DNA of 48,118 nucleotides from a virus. Taxonomy: Duplodnaviria > Caudoviricetes. The stretch is taken from positions 1 through 48,118 of the IMG/VR virus record IMGVR_UViG_3300021082_000038, one strand, 5' to 3'. Every line of letters begins with the position of its first letter. Within the stretch, counting starts at the first letter, position 1. The notes under the pieces were generated by a model, which did no database searches, had not been told where the DNA came from, and saw nothing but the letters and a program-made list of their open reading frames with translations. Below, in pieces: positions 1 through 9,366 of this stretch. The translations under genes and the position numbers were made by a program.

Positions 1-96
1 GGTTCGTATGTCCGCCTGCTCGAGGCCGAGACCGTCGGTGCGGTCAACGACCTCCGCAAGGACATGAACCGCCAGGCCTTCGGCGACGGTCGCGGC
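1..96. repeat. Terminal direct repeat, left copy (circular assembly overlap)
   Basis: Bases 1-93 are identical to 48023-48115; position 94 differs (G vs A); 95-96 match. Confidence 0.95.
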
Positions 97-894
97 ACGC
101 TGTGCCAGATCACTGCCGATGGTGTGAACACGGTCACGGTCGACAACCTGCAGTACCTGCGCGTCGGCATGATCGTGGACATCATCAACCAGGCCACGGA
201 TGCTGTGCTGGCTTCTCAGCGCACCATCACTTCCATCGTCACGGCCACTCGCGTGGTGACCTACAACGGTGCAGATGTCGCGGCCGTTGCCGGCACCCAC
301 GTGCTTGCGCTCGAGGGCAACTGGAAGATGGAGATCAACGGTCTCCGCAACATCACCCGGTCCGACCTGTCCCAGAACTACGTTCTCCACGGCATCGACT
401 CGAACGCCGCGGGCAACGAGTACTGGAAGGCAAAGCAGGTGGACGGGGGCAACACGGTGTTCGACGAGGACTCGGGTCAGCTCCTGATGGATCAGATCGG
501 TGCCATGGGTTGGGACACCGAAATGATTATCACGACCCGAGGCATCCGTCGGCGCTACGTCAACACGCTCAAGGCTCAGAAGCGGTTCAACGACTCGAAC
601 TCGCTGATGCTCCACGGGGGCTTCAAGTACATCGACTACAACGGCGTGCCGTTGCTCTTCGATGACGACGCCCCGAAGCAGCACATGTTCTTCATCCGTC
701 CGGAGGACTTCCTCTGGATCAACCTCAACGGGAACGACTTCCGCTGGATGAACAGGGACGGCGCGGTGCTGCGCAAGGTCGAGAACCCCGACCAGGACGC
801 CTACAAGGCGACCCTCTACAAGTACAGCGACCTCGGCGTTCAGCGCCGCTCGTCGCAGGGGGTCATGTACAACCTGGCGGACGACATCCCGTAG
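1..894 (+). CDS. Major capsid protein, 3' part (5' part at 47633-48118; ~427 aa in total)
   Basis: Frame 1 is open from base 1 and in frame with GTG 47633 across the overlap. It follows the scaffold and decoration genes, and the C-terminus (GFKYIDYNGVPLLFDDDAP...YKATLYKY) looks like an HK97/P22-type coat protein. Confidence 0.88.
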   Translation, partial: GSYVRLLEAETVGAVNDLRKDMNRQAFGDGRGTLCQITADGVNTVTVDNLQYLRVGMIVDIINQATDAVLASQRTITSIVTATRVVTYNGADVAAVAGTHVLALEGNWKMEINGLRNITRSDLSQNYVLHGIDSNAAGNEYWKAKQVDGGNTVFDEDSGQLLMDQIGAMGWDTEMIITTRGIRRRYVNTLKAQKRFNDSNSLMLHGGFKYIDYNGVPLLFDDDAPKQHMFFIRPEDFLWINLNGNDFRWMNRDGAVLRKVENPDQDAYKATLYKYSDLGVQRRSSQGVMYNLADDIP

Positions 895-956
895 GCCCAT
901 TCCCCTGGGTCCCCACTCCCTGACCTGGTACTCCTTACTTCCCCGGAGGTGATACG

Positions 957-1388
957 ATGGAACTGAAGGCCGTCAAGATGTTCTACGATAGCCGGCTAGG
1001 GCTCGTAGAGCTCGAAGACGACGTTCTTTCCATCGTGTCCCAGGTCAGGGAGCTCTACGGGAACAAAGTGAAGATCTGTCTCGAGCCAACCACAGGACAG
1101 TACGTGTTCTCCGAGAACAGTACAGACGGCACCGAGCGACTGATCTTCACCACCCCGACCCTGGATGCTCGTTGCCTGACGCGGCTCATCGCTGCTGACA
1201 GCACCGCTCGAGGTTATCAAGATGCCTACGAGCTTATGGAGCGTGAACAGGACGAGTTCAGGGATCGGGAACAGGAGCAGATGAGGGAAACGATTCGTGA
1301 TGAGGCTGAGCGTCTGACACACGCTCTGAAGCATTCTGGAGCAGTCCCTCACCTTCCATTGCAGGTCAACGTACCGAAAGGGATCTAG
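957..1388 (+). CDS. Hypothetical virion-operon protein
   Basis: 143 aa ORF with GGAGG RBS, directly after the capsid gene. Confidence 0.7.
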   Translation: MELKAVKMFYDSRLGLVELEDDVLSIVSQVRELYGNKVKICLEPTTGQYVFSENSTDGTERLIFTTPTLDARCLTRLIAADSTARGYQDAYELMEREQDEFRDREQEQMRETIRDEAERLTHALKHSGAVPHLPLQVNVPKGI

Positions 1389-2068
1389 TGCCTGACGCCA
1401 ACGGCCAAATGTTCCTCTCCGACTTTCGAGCGGAGCTCCAGGCGAGAGGCTTCGACGGATTCAACGCTGCTGACCTGAACTCCATGATCAACCGCGGGTA
1501 CTTCTATGTTGCACGGAAGTTCCCCTGGTACTGGAAGCAGGCCACAGCCTCGATTCCGTATCCCGCTTCTGGCTCCATCTCTGTGGCGGATACGAGTGTG
1601 GACTTCCCAGGCCTCAAGAACGTGCGGGCCGTGTATCTCGAGGGTGTCCCCAATGCCCAGTCGAAGGTCCGTCTCACGCCTCTCGACGACAAGGAAGCTT
1701 TCGACCGGGTCTACGCCGAGGTGGATCGTGGCGTCACCGGTACCCCCAACTCCTACTGGATCGACGAGAACAAGCTCTACGCGCTCCCGAAGCTGGCATC
1801 AGCGGGCAGCGCGACACTCGAGATCCACTACAACAAGCGACCTGCCGCTCTCACTGCTGACTCGTCCATCGCTGTTACGCCTGTGGACCTAGACGAGGCG
1901 ATCCTGCTTGCTGCACTTGCTCGGTGCCACAAGCGTGCTCTGGAGACCAACCTCGCCATGTCGGTTCAGATGGAACTCGAGGAGTTCTTCGATGACTTGA
2001 AGGACCTCGAAGGCGACCGCGCGGACGATTTGCAGGAGAGGGTGCAGCCGGACAATCAGTGGGCATGA
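1388..2068 (+). CDS. Head-tail adaptor / tail tubular protein A-like
   Basis: 226 aa; position after the capsid gene; motifs (INRGY...FPW, GTPNSYWI, LYALP, LEIHYNKRP) resemble podovirus adaptors. Confidence 0.65.
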   Translation: MPDANGQMFLSDFRAELQARGFDGFNAADLNSMINRGYFYVARKFPWYWKQATASIPYPASGSISVADTSVDFPGLKNVRAVYLEGVPNAQSKVRLTPLDDKEAFDRVYAEVDRGVTGTPNSYWIDENKLYALPKLASAGSATLEIHYNKRPAALTADSSIAVTPVDLDEAILLAALARCHKRALETNLAMSVQMELEEFFDDLKDLEGDRADDLQERVQPDNQWA

Positions 2069-2292
2069 GGCCCCGAGACGTCCCAGTCACCCGCGCCATG
2101 GTCATCGCTTGGCTAGCGACATGGCACCAGCCGCTGGTCGACACCCCTGCGCTGAGGAACCATCTTCGTAATCCGAGCCGCTTGGGTGCTGCCCTCGCGG
2201 ACACGCTCGTAGACAACGAGGGGAACGACTCCTTGCCGCCTCAGACCACTGTTCTCGGTTTGATCCTACTGGACCTCAAGTCCTATGCCTAG
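2065..2292 (+). CDS. Hypothetical protein
   Basis: ATGA overlap with the upstream stop; fills the gap in a coupled operon. Confidence 0.55.
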   Translation: MRPRDVPVTRAMVIAWLATWHQPLVDTPALRNHLRNPSRLGAALADTLVDNEGNDSLPPQTTVLGLILLDLKSYA

Positions 2293-3853
2293 CGCTACGC
2301 AGGGTTCCACAGTGACGGTCGAGGCCAAGGGCTTCGCAGGCGGGATCAATATCCGTGACGCGATCAACCTCCTTGCTGGCGACGAGCTACGCAAGTGCGA
2401 GAACGCCACTCTGGATGAACGTGGGGGCGTCTCTAAGCGACTCGGCTGCACTGACAAGGGTCAATTCTCGGTCACGGGTACTGACCGCGTGCTCTCCATG
2501 TATACCTTCTATCGTGGGGCAGCGAACACACCGCAGATCCTGATCCACACTACGGGCGGTAGGCTCTACTACACCAACGACCCGACCGTCCAACCCATCG
2601 TGTGGGCCCAGATTGCTTCGGGGCTCAGTACCACCCAGCCTTTCTCCTTCGAGACCTTCAACTCACGATGCTACATGTCCAATGGAGTGGACTCATATGC
2701 CAAATGGGATGGAACAACTTACACTACCATTCCTACCGCTCCCAAGGGCAGGTATCTCCGTTTGTGGAAAGACACCATGTGGGTCTCTGGAGTACCGACG
2801 CTCGACGACCGGGTCTATTCAAGCAATCCGGGTGACGCCGAAGTCTTCGGAGTCGCCAACTGGGTGGACCTCGCCAAGGGCGACGGAGATACCATCACTG
2901 CCCTCAACACCGACGGTATCTTCCTGATCGTAGGCAAGCGCAACCGCAGCTTCGTCATCTACGATCCCGTCACGTTCGCCAACCGTGCTGTCGACTTCGA
3001 GAAGGGCTTCGAGAGCCACTTCTCAGTCGTGCAGTTCGAGGGTGAGATCTACTACCTGTCCCGCCGAGGTATCTGCAAGTGGGTCTCTGACTCGCCGTCG
3101 CAGATCATCAGTGGTAAGCTCGACCCCCTGTTCGATCCATCCATCATCAACATCGCCCAGCTAGGCAAGTCCTTCGCCTACACTGTGGGCAACCAGGTGG
3201 GTTGGTGCATCCCCGAGACTGGGTCTCTCGTGCCGACGATCCAGGTGGAGTACTACCCACGACTCGCAGGGTACACCGCCTACGGCAACAGGGGCACTGG
3301 GCCTTTCGTCATCCACCGTATGCCCATGGGTCCTTCTGCGCGCTACAGGTCAGGCACGATTGAGTACCTGTACGCGGGTGCAAACGGGGCCAACAAGGTC
3401 TACCAGGCGTTCTCGTCGGTAGGCCAGGACGATGGCGTGACATTCGGTAGCATGGTCGAGACAGGCCCCATCGACTTCGGAGCGCCCACGCTGATCAAGT
3501 ACATGCGTCGGTGCCGCTTGCTGGGTCGTGGGGTCTTCACGTTCATCCTCCTTCGCAACTACCAGATCGGGATCTACAAGTCCTACCCCATCGACCTCGA
3601 TTCTGCCGCGGATACTTGGTCACCCGGTGATCTCTGGGGTGCAGGCACTTGGGGACCTGACTCCATCATCCAGGAGAAGCGATTCCACCCCGACGCTTAC
3701 GCTCGGCACTTCACCATCCGCATCGTGGACTCCGAGACGACTATCGGTCGCAAGCCCGTACCTGTGGGCACAATCGACTACAACCTCGATGCTGGTAAGT
3801 GGGCTCTCTACGGCTACTTCATCGACGCCACAGTGGGTGGGGTGAGGGATTGA
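2285..3853 (+). CDS. Tail tubular protein B / P22 gp10-like nozzle protein
   Basis: 522 aa, beta-rich; N-terminal FAGGIN...CENATL...GGVSKRLG pattern typical of podovirus nozzle proteins; synteny. Confidence 0.7.
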   Translation: MPSATQGSTVTVEAKGFAGGINIRDAINLLAGDELRKCENATLDERGGVSKRLGCTDKGQFSVTGTDRVLSMYTFYRGAANTPQILIHTTGGRLYYTNDPTVQPIVWAQIASGLSTTQPFSFETFNSRCYMSNGVDSYAKWDGTTYTTIPTAPKGRYLRLWKDTMWVSGVPTLDDRVYSSNPGDAEVFGVANWVDLAKGDGDTITALNTDGIFLIVGKRNRSFVIYDPVTFANRAVDFEKGFESHFSVVQFEGEIYYLSRRGICKWVSDSPSQIISGKLDPLFDPSIINIAQLGKSFAYTVGNQVGWCIPETGSLVPTIQVEYYPRLAGYTAYGNRGTGPFVIHRMPMGPSARYRSGTIEYLYAGANGANKVYQAFSSVGQDDGVTFGSMVETGPIDFGAPTLIKYMRRCRLLGRGVFTFILLRNYQIGIYKSYPIDLDSAADTWSPGDLWGAGTWGPDSIIQEKRFHPDAYARHFTIRIVDSETTIGRKPVPVGTIDYNLDAGKWALYGYFIDATVGGVRD

Positions 3854-4764
3854 CCGCGTACAACGTCATCTCGCCCTCGTCACTGTCCGCAGGTCAGCCT
3901 GAGGATGTTTCAGTAGTCCTGGCGAACCTCAACGCCATTGCCTCCGTCATCAATGGCCAGCTCGACAATGCCAACCTCGCCAATGGTGCTGCTATCGCCA
4001 TCGCAAAGCTCGCGGGCTATCCCGCAGACGCGACGAAGGCGCTTCTAGGCGACGGGTCGTGGGGTGCAGCTGGTATGACACTGGTGACGGCCGTTCCTGG
4101 TGTGCCCACAGACGGTCAGATGATTGCCTACACCGATTCTCTCGCAGCGCCGACGTTCGTCTGGCCGCTACGCTACAATGCCGCGCTCACAAGGTGGCTT
4201 CCGTTCGGTGAGGGATGGGGCTTCGGTGCAGCATTCCCCGCAGTGCCTGCCCTCGTGGACAAGGTGACTTTCACCCTGACGGACAACGGCGTCACTCCTA
4301 CCTTCATCTGGCGATTCACCTACAATCTCTCCAACAGCTCCGCGTTCAAGTGGGAGTTTGTAGGGGGCTCTGGAAAAACTGCTGAGGTAGCCACAGCTGA
4401 GAACTGTAACTCCACAGCATACGTCGACCTAGCGACTGTAGGCCCTCAGATCACAACGCCTCGCGCGGGTGTCTACGAGATAACGCTTGCCTTCAACTGG
4501 TATGGCACCAATGTTGCCTCGGGTGGTGCTGTCAAAATAGGCGCTGCCGCTACCTCCCCGACAGAGGGATTCAACTGTGGCGCTGGTGAGAACGGCGCAG
4601 GCGCAGGCAACAACATCACGTTCCAAAGCCGCGTTGGCGGATCGAAGACCATCATTCGGACACTCGCAGCGGCTGACGTCTTGAAGATGCAGTACCACGT
4701 ACCCACAACGACAGCTACTTTCTGTGATCGAGCTCTTCGGCTGTTGCCTGTGAGGCTCTCGTGA
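3850..4764 (+). CDS. Tail fibre / receptor-binding protein, paralog 1
   Basis: TTG start overlapping the upstream stop gives MTAYNVISP...; the ~72 aa N-terminal module is shared with the next two genes. Confidence 0.7.
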   Translation: MTAYNVISPSSLSAGQPEDVSVVLANLNAIASVINGQLDNANLANGAAIAIAKLAGYPADATKALLGDGSWGAAGMTLVTAVPGVPTDGQMIAYTDSLAAPTFVWPLRYNAALTRWLPFGEGWGFGAAFPAVPALVDKVTFTLTDNGVTPTFIWRFTYNLSNSSAFKWEFVGGSGKTAEVATAENCNSTAYVDLATVGPQITTPRAGVYEITLAFNWYGTNVASGGAVKIGAAATSPTEGFNCGAGENGAGAGNNITFQSRVGGSKTIIRTLAAADVLKMQYHVPTTTATFCDRALRLLPVRLS

Positions 4765-5768
4765 CCGCATACAATGTACTCAGCCCCGCAGCGATGGCTG
4801 CAGGTCAGCCCGAGGATATCTCGGTCATCCTGTCGAACTTCCAGGCTATCGCCGGCATTATCAACGGGCAACTGGACAACACCAACCTCGCACCTGGTGC
4901 TGCGATTGCGCCCTCCAAGCTTGCTGGATACCCTGGTGTATCGACCGCGTTCCTCCGCGGTGATGGTGTGTGGGCCTCAGCAGGTGATCCTCTCCCAGCA
5001 AGACTGGGTGCGGGTGCTGCTATCGTTGCCGACTGTAATCTTGCGGTAGACAACGGATGGTACATGACCATTGACGCCGTAGGTAGTTTGAATCAGCCTC
5101 CGGGGGGTAATTATGGCATCCTGCGTACAGAACGTACCCTCTCGGACACATGGGTACACCAATGGTGGTATAAGTATGGTGCTGCCGCTATTCCACTCAT
5201 CTGGCATCGAACGTATAACGGATCAGTGTGGTCAGCCTGGGAGGCACAGGGGGTCCTTCTTCGCAACACGACCGCCACTTCATATGCTAACCAGACGGGT
5301 GAAGTTTCGATGGCTTCTTACGTCATCCCCGCAGGTACTGTCGGAATCAATTCAATCCTACGATTCGTCTTCAATGGCTCCTTCCGCTCCCAGTCCACGG
5401 GTGACAACAACATTACCTACCGGATCAAGGTTGGGGGCATCACGATCTGGGCTTCACAGGGAGTCACCTACAACAACGGTGCCGGCACCCCGGACGGTGA
5501 GATCTTCTTTGAGTGGTGCATCCAGATGCTTGGTGCCGTGAACCTCTGGCAGTTGTACGGTATCGGGGGTGCGAGCCGTGACACGATGGGAGTCCAGGCA
5601 GGGATCGGCAAGCCAAGCGGATCTGCGATGTCCCCGTTCAGTAGCGGCATTACCGACCAGACAGTCAACTTCGGAGGAGCGGTAACTGTCGAGATGACGA
5701 TGCAGATGCTAAGTGGCAACAACAACAACATCGTCCGTCACCGCTCCTCGTTCGTGGAGCTCCTATGA
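4761..5768 (+). CDS. Tail fibre / receptor-binding protein, paralog 2 (pyocin-knob-like central domain)
   Basis: Shared N-terminal module; DCNLAVDNGWY...IWHRTYNGSVWSAW resembles tail-fibre knob domains. Confidence 0.72.
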   Translation: MTAYNVLSPAAMAAGQPEDISVILSNFQAIAGIINGQLDNTNLAPGAAIAPSKLAGYPGVSTAFLRGDGVWASAGDPLPARLGAGAAIVADCNLAVDNGWYMTIDAVGSLNQPPGGNYGILRTERTLSDTWVHQWWYKYGAAAIPLIWHRTYNGSVWSAWEAQGVLLRNTTATSYANQTGEVSMASYVIPAGTVGINSILRFVFNGSFRSQSTGDNNITYRIKVGGITIWASQGVTYNNGAGTPDGEIFFEWCIQMLGAVNLWQLYGIGGASRDTMGVQAGIGKPSGSAMSPFSSGITDQTVNFGGAVTVEMTMQMLSGNNNNIVRHRSSFVELL

Positions 5769-6850
5769 CCACCTACAACGTCGTCAGCCCAGGCGCGATG
5801 GTCGCGGGACAGGTCGAGGACATCTCGGTCATCCTCTCCAACTTCCAGGCCATTGCTGCCGTGCTCAACGGCAATCTCGACAATACCAACCTTGCGCCCG
5901 GTGCAGCCATCGTCCCATCGAAGATCGCAGGCTATCCAGCCCTGTCGTCGGTCTTCCTCAGGGGTGACGGCGCATGGGCAGCAGCTGGGTCGCTCAGCTC
6001 GGTCAAGTTTGTGACGGGGTTGGCTATCAATTCTGCCAACTATGACTTGGCATTGGCTGACGTAAACGCCTACAACACGGTATTCCGAGTAGGCACCGGC
6101 GGCGGATCGATTCGCTCGATTCAGGCAGCAACGCTGGACGGATCAGTGATCGAGATCCAGAATGCTTCGTCTCAGGCCGTCACATTGCTTCATCAGGTAG
6201 GGGGAGGACCTGTCGGGTATCTTTCTCCCTGGCTTGAAGGGGTAAATGTAGTTATTCCGTCGAGCCACTCAGCCATCATGGGCCAAGCAGCGGGGTCATG
6301 GATCGTCATCGGAATAGTGCCCATGCTCGGTGCTGCTCAGGTACTGATCCAGGAGATCATTCTGGGGGCTGACGGCGTGATCGACTTCCAGAGCATTCCC
6401 GCTATCTATCGCCACCTCATGATCGAGGCCAACCTACGTGGGTCAGATGGGACCAACAAGGGTGATTACCTTCGAGTCCGCCTCAATGCTGATGCTGGGG
6501 GCAGCAGCTATCAGTGGAACGGCGACACGGGTAATGGTCTTGGAGACCGCATGGAGCTGGCTCGTATCACAGGTGGAGCTGCTGCGATGAACGGCGCGGG
6601 TCAAAGCAGAGTCAAAATAGACTTCCCTTACTACCGCAACATTGATGGGCAGGTTGGGGCTCTATGTAACTATGTTGCTAGGACCAACGACTCAGGTACT
6701 GCCTCCTCTGATATCTCTCAAGGCTTCGGTGGTGGAGTATGGATCGGTCAAGGGGCAGGTGTGGTGCTCAACCGGATTCAGTTGTATACCTCATTCGCCA
6801 CAGGTAACCTCAAGGCCAACTCAAAAGCTAGCCTCTACGGGATCGCCTAA
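5765..6850 (+). CDS. Tail fibre / receptor-binding protein, paralog 3
   Basis: Shared N-terminal module; C-terminal IDFQSIPAIYRHLMI...RLNAD...SLYGI beta-sandwich pattern seen in actinophage minor tail proteins. Confidence 0.7.
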   Translation: MTTYNVVSPGAMVAGQVEDISVILSNFQAIAAVLNGNLDNTNLAPGAAIVPSKIAGYPALSSVFLRGDGAWAAAGSLSSVKFVTGLAINSANYDLALADVNAYNTVFRVGTGGGSIRSIQAATLDGSVIEIQNASSQAVTLLHQVGGGPVGYLSPWLEGVNVVIPSSHSAIMGQAAGSWIVIGIVPMLGAAQVLIQEIILGADGVIDFQSIPAIYRHLMIEANLRGSDGTNKGDYLRVRLNADAGGSSYQWNGDTGNGLGDRMELARITGGAAAMNGAGQSRVKIDFPYYRNIDGQVGALCNYVARTNDSGTASSDISQGFGGGVWIGQGAGVVLNRIQLYTSFATGNLKANSKASLYGIA

Positions 6851-7179
6851 TGCCAACCGTCTTCCCACAGCGAGCTAGGCGCGATGACCCCAACGGTCAC
6901 ATGGTGGTCCAGAACAACCTGGACTTCCTCAAAGATGCCTTCGATGCTCTCGCAGCCAAGTTCAAGAACGGCCAGGCAACCGTCTCTGTGGGTGCGACGG
7001 CCGTGATCGTAACCCACGGGCTGGGTGCTTCCTCGAGCTCCGTCGCGGTCACACCGCTACAGGACCCAGGGGGCCGTTTTTGGGTTTCAGGTAAGTCCGC
7101 CACAGCATTCCAGATCAACCTCCAGGTCGCTGCTCCGGTTGGCGGCATACAATTCGACTACATAGTGAAGGGAGCCTAA
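6850..7179 (+). CDS. Small tail-associated protein
   Basis: 109 aa; VTHGLG...VAVTP...SATAFQI resembles fibre-tip/lectin-like modules. Confidence 0.55.
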   Translation: MPTVFPQRARRDDPNGHMVVQNNLDFLKDAFDALAAKFKNGQATVSVGATAVIVTHGLGASSSSVAVTPLQDPGGRFWVSGKSATAFQINLQVAAPVGGIQFDYIVKGA

Positions 7180-7182
7180 TCC

Positions 7183-7962
7183 ATGCCTGGGCGGTATGAT
7201 CCATACGACTTCGGTAGTGGCCAGGCCATCATGCCTGCACAAGACCCGCAGCAGATGTTGCCGACCATGATGACGCCAAGCAAGGCGTTGACCAAGAACC
7301 CCGTACTGTCGCAGACGCCTCTCGGGGCGTACACCGACTCTCAGTACGAGGCAGCTCACGCACAGCTGCGCAACAGCATCGCCAAGCAGTACGCGGACAT
7401 CTTGCAGCAGGTGGGCTACACAGACGACTCGGGTGCTTTCATCCCCGGTCAGATCGAAGCGGATGCCAAGAAGCAGGGCGCTGAGTTGCAGCGCGGCATG
7501 GGCATCGCACAGGAAGAGGTCACTCAGGGAGCTCAGCGCGAAGGCACGCTGTTCTCCGGCCTCCGGGGTACCAACCAAGCACGGGCGGAGCACCCCTTCG
7601 TAAGCGCCCTGAGCGACCTCGCTACCAATACACCGCTCGCGCTCAACAAGCTCTACGAGCAGGCGGCAGGCCTCACCGACGAGTACACGCTCCAGAACAA
7701 CCTCATGCTCGCCGACGCTGCTGCTCGACGCGCTGTGGGGTTCGGTAGCCAGCCCGGTCAGTACGACGCGCCTGCCGCACCTGCTGCTGAGACGCCTCTG
7801 GCCCCGACAGGTTCCATCCAGCCGGGTCAGACCATGCCTGCGTCCTACACGCCGCAGTCCCCGTACTTCTACGGCGGTGGCACACAACAGCCTCAGATCT
7901 ACTCGGTCGGCGAATTGGCCAAGAGGAAGGGGCTCGCCGCAACAGGAGGAAGGCGGTTCTAA
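7183..7962 (+). CDS. Putative internal virion (ejection) protein
   Basis: 259 aa, A/Q-rich and helical; lies after the tail genes. Confidence 0.55.
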   Translation: MPGRYDPYDFGSGQAIMPAQDPQQMLPTMMTPSKALTKNPVLSQTPLGAYTDSQYEAAHAQLRNSIAKQYADILQQVGYTDDSGAFIPGQIEADAKKQGAELQRGMGIAQEEVTQGAQREGTLFSGLRGTNQARAEHPFVSALSDLATNTPLALNKLYEQAAGLTDEYTLQNNLMLADAAARRAVGFGSQPGQYDAPAAPAAETPLAPTGSIQPGQTMPASYTPQSPYFYGGGTQQPQIYSVGELAKRKGLAATGGRRF

Positions 7963-9366
7963 ATGCCCCTACAGACACCACTTACTCCCGAACAGCTCCT
8001 CAAGCAGGCCCAAGACCAGGTCGGCGGTGAGATCGACCAGGCTATCTCGCCGCTCAACAGTCAGCTGGGGCAGATCGGTGCCAACCAGTCGGGTGCTGCT
8101 CAGAACCTCGATAAGCTGTTCGGCGGTATCTTCCCCTACGTCCAGGCCTCTGCCGACTCGGTGCGCGACACGCACGCAGCTGCACAGCAGAAGGAGCAGG
8201 AGATCTTCCAAGCTGCCCAGGGCAATCTGGCGAACCTTGCAAGGCAACGAGCTCAGGAAGCGCAGACCCTCGCCCAGCAGATCGGGGGCCCAATCGCTGC
8301 GGGTGCCTTCACCGAGGGAGTGACTCCCCATCAGGAGTATCTCGCATCTGTGGGTTCAGGCCAGCTGATGCACGGTCTCGCGTTCGGCGAGGCAGGCAAT
8401 GAGTTGGCTCAGTCGTTCGCGGGCAAGGTCTTCCCCCTGGTCAAGACGGAGCAGGCTGCTCAGCTGACGAGGTACTTCGAGGACCAGAAGAAGACCATCC
8501 AGGACCAGATCGCTCAACTACAGGGCGGTAAGGGCAAGGCAGTCAACGCTCGCCTCTCAGAGCTCCAGCAGCAGGAGCGTGAGTACCAGCTGAACGTCGC
8601 CCAGCAGAACCTCGACAAGGTGAAGGCAGCTCACGATTGGACTGCCACGAAGCGCACCCTGGCCAGCGACGATGCTCGCCTGAAGATCGCTCAGCAGGAG
8701 GCAGCCAACCAGCGCGCCCAGCTGACCGGTAAGATCGGCGGTAAGCCCACGCAGCAGGCCAAGGAGCTCAACGCCAACATCAAGCACATGAGTGCCTCGG
8801 ACAAGCTCGCCGCACGCCAGATGGGGCTGTCGGAGAAGGAGTTCGCTGCTCGCCAGGTCGAGGGTCTTGCCAAGGGTAGGGAGGCCAAGGCACGTGCTGA
8901 CCTCCAGATGCAGCAGCTTGCCATGCAGGTCATCGACTCCGCCACGAACCCGCAGCAGGGTGCCAACATCACCCAGACTGTGCCCACAGAGGTGACAGCC
9001 TCGAGTGCCGCGCTGAACAAGGGCGCTTACGCTCAGAAGGCAGCCGACGGCAGCATCCACTGGTTCATCGACCGGAAGGTCACCATCCCAGGTGCCTCGA
9101 ACGTCCCCGTTCAGGACCCGCAGAAGTTGTACGAGATGCTCATGGGCTACAAGGTGCCGGCGTCCATGGCGATCAAGCTGGTCAAGTCGAAGATGGGGAC
9201 ACCGGACTTCGTGCCGGGCAAGATGAACTACACGACCAAGCAGTTGAACTCCATGCCGTTCTCGGAGATGCGCGGGATCGCCATCGCACTGGGCTTCAAG
9301 CCCGACCCGAGGGCACCGAAGACCCGCAAGCAGATCGTCAACTACATCCTCAAGAATCGTAAGTAG
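7963..9366 (+). CDS. Putative internal virion (ejection) protein
   Basis: 467 aa, Q/A/K-rich coiled coil; abuts both neighbours. Confidence 0.6.
   Translation: MPLQTPLTPEQLLKQAQDQVGGEIDQAISPLNSQLGQIGANQSGAAQNLDKLFGGIFPYVQASADSVRDTHAAAQQKEQEIFQAAQGNLANLARQRAQEAQTLAQQIGGPIAAGAFTEGVTPHQEYLASVGSGQLMHGLAFGEAGNELAQSFAGKVFPLVKTEQAAQLTRYFEDQKKTIQDQIAQLQGGKGKAVNARLSELQQQEREYQLNVAQQNLDKVKAAHDWTATKRTLASDDARLKIAQQEAANQRAQLTGKIGGKPTQQAKELNANIKHMSASDKLAARQMGLSEKEFAARQVEGLAKGREAKARADLQMQQLAMQVIDSATNPQQGANITQTVPTEVTASSAALNKGAYAQKAADGSIHWFIDRKVTIPGASNVPVQDPQKLYEMLMGYKVPASMAIKLVKSKMGTPDFVPGKMNYTTKQLNSMPFSEMRGIAIALGFKPDPRAPKTRKQIVNYILKNRK

Noticed and set aside
1-96. Terminal repeat as a biological DTR or att site
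   Set aside because: It falls mid-capsid gene and has a k-mer-like length, so it is best explained as assembly overlap.
3850-6850. Diversity-generating retroelement or invertible shufflon acting on the fibres
   Set aside because: No reverse transcriptase, invertase, TR/VR pair or inverted cassettes; all three genes are complete and co-oriented.
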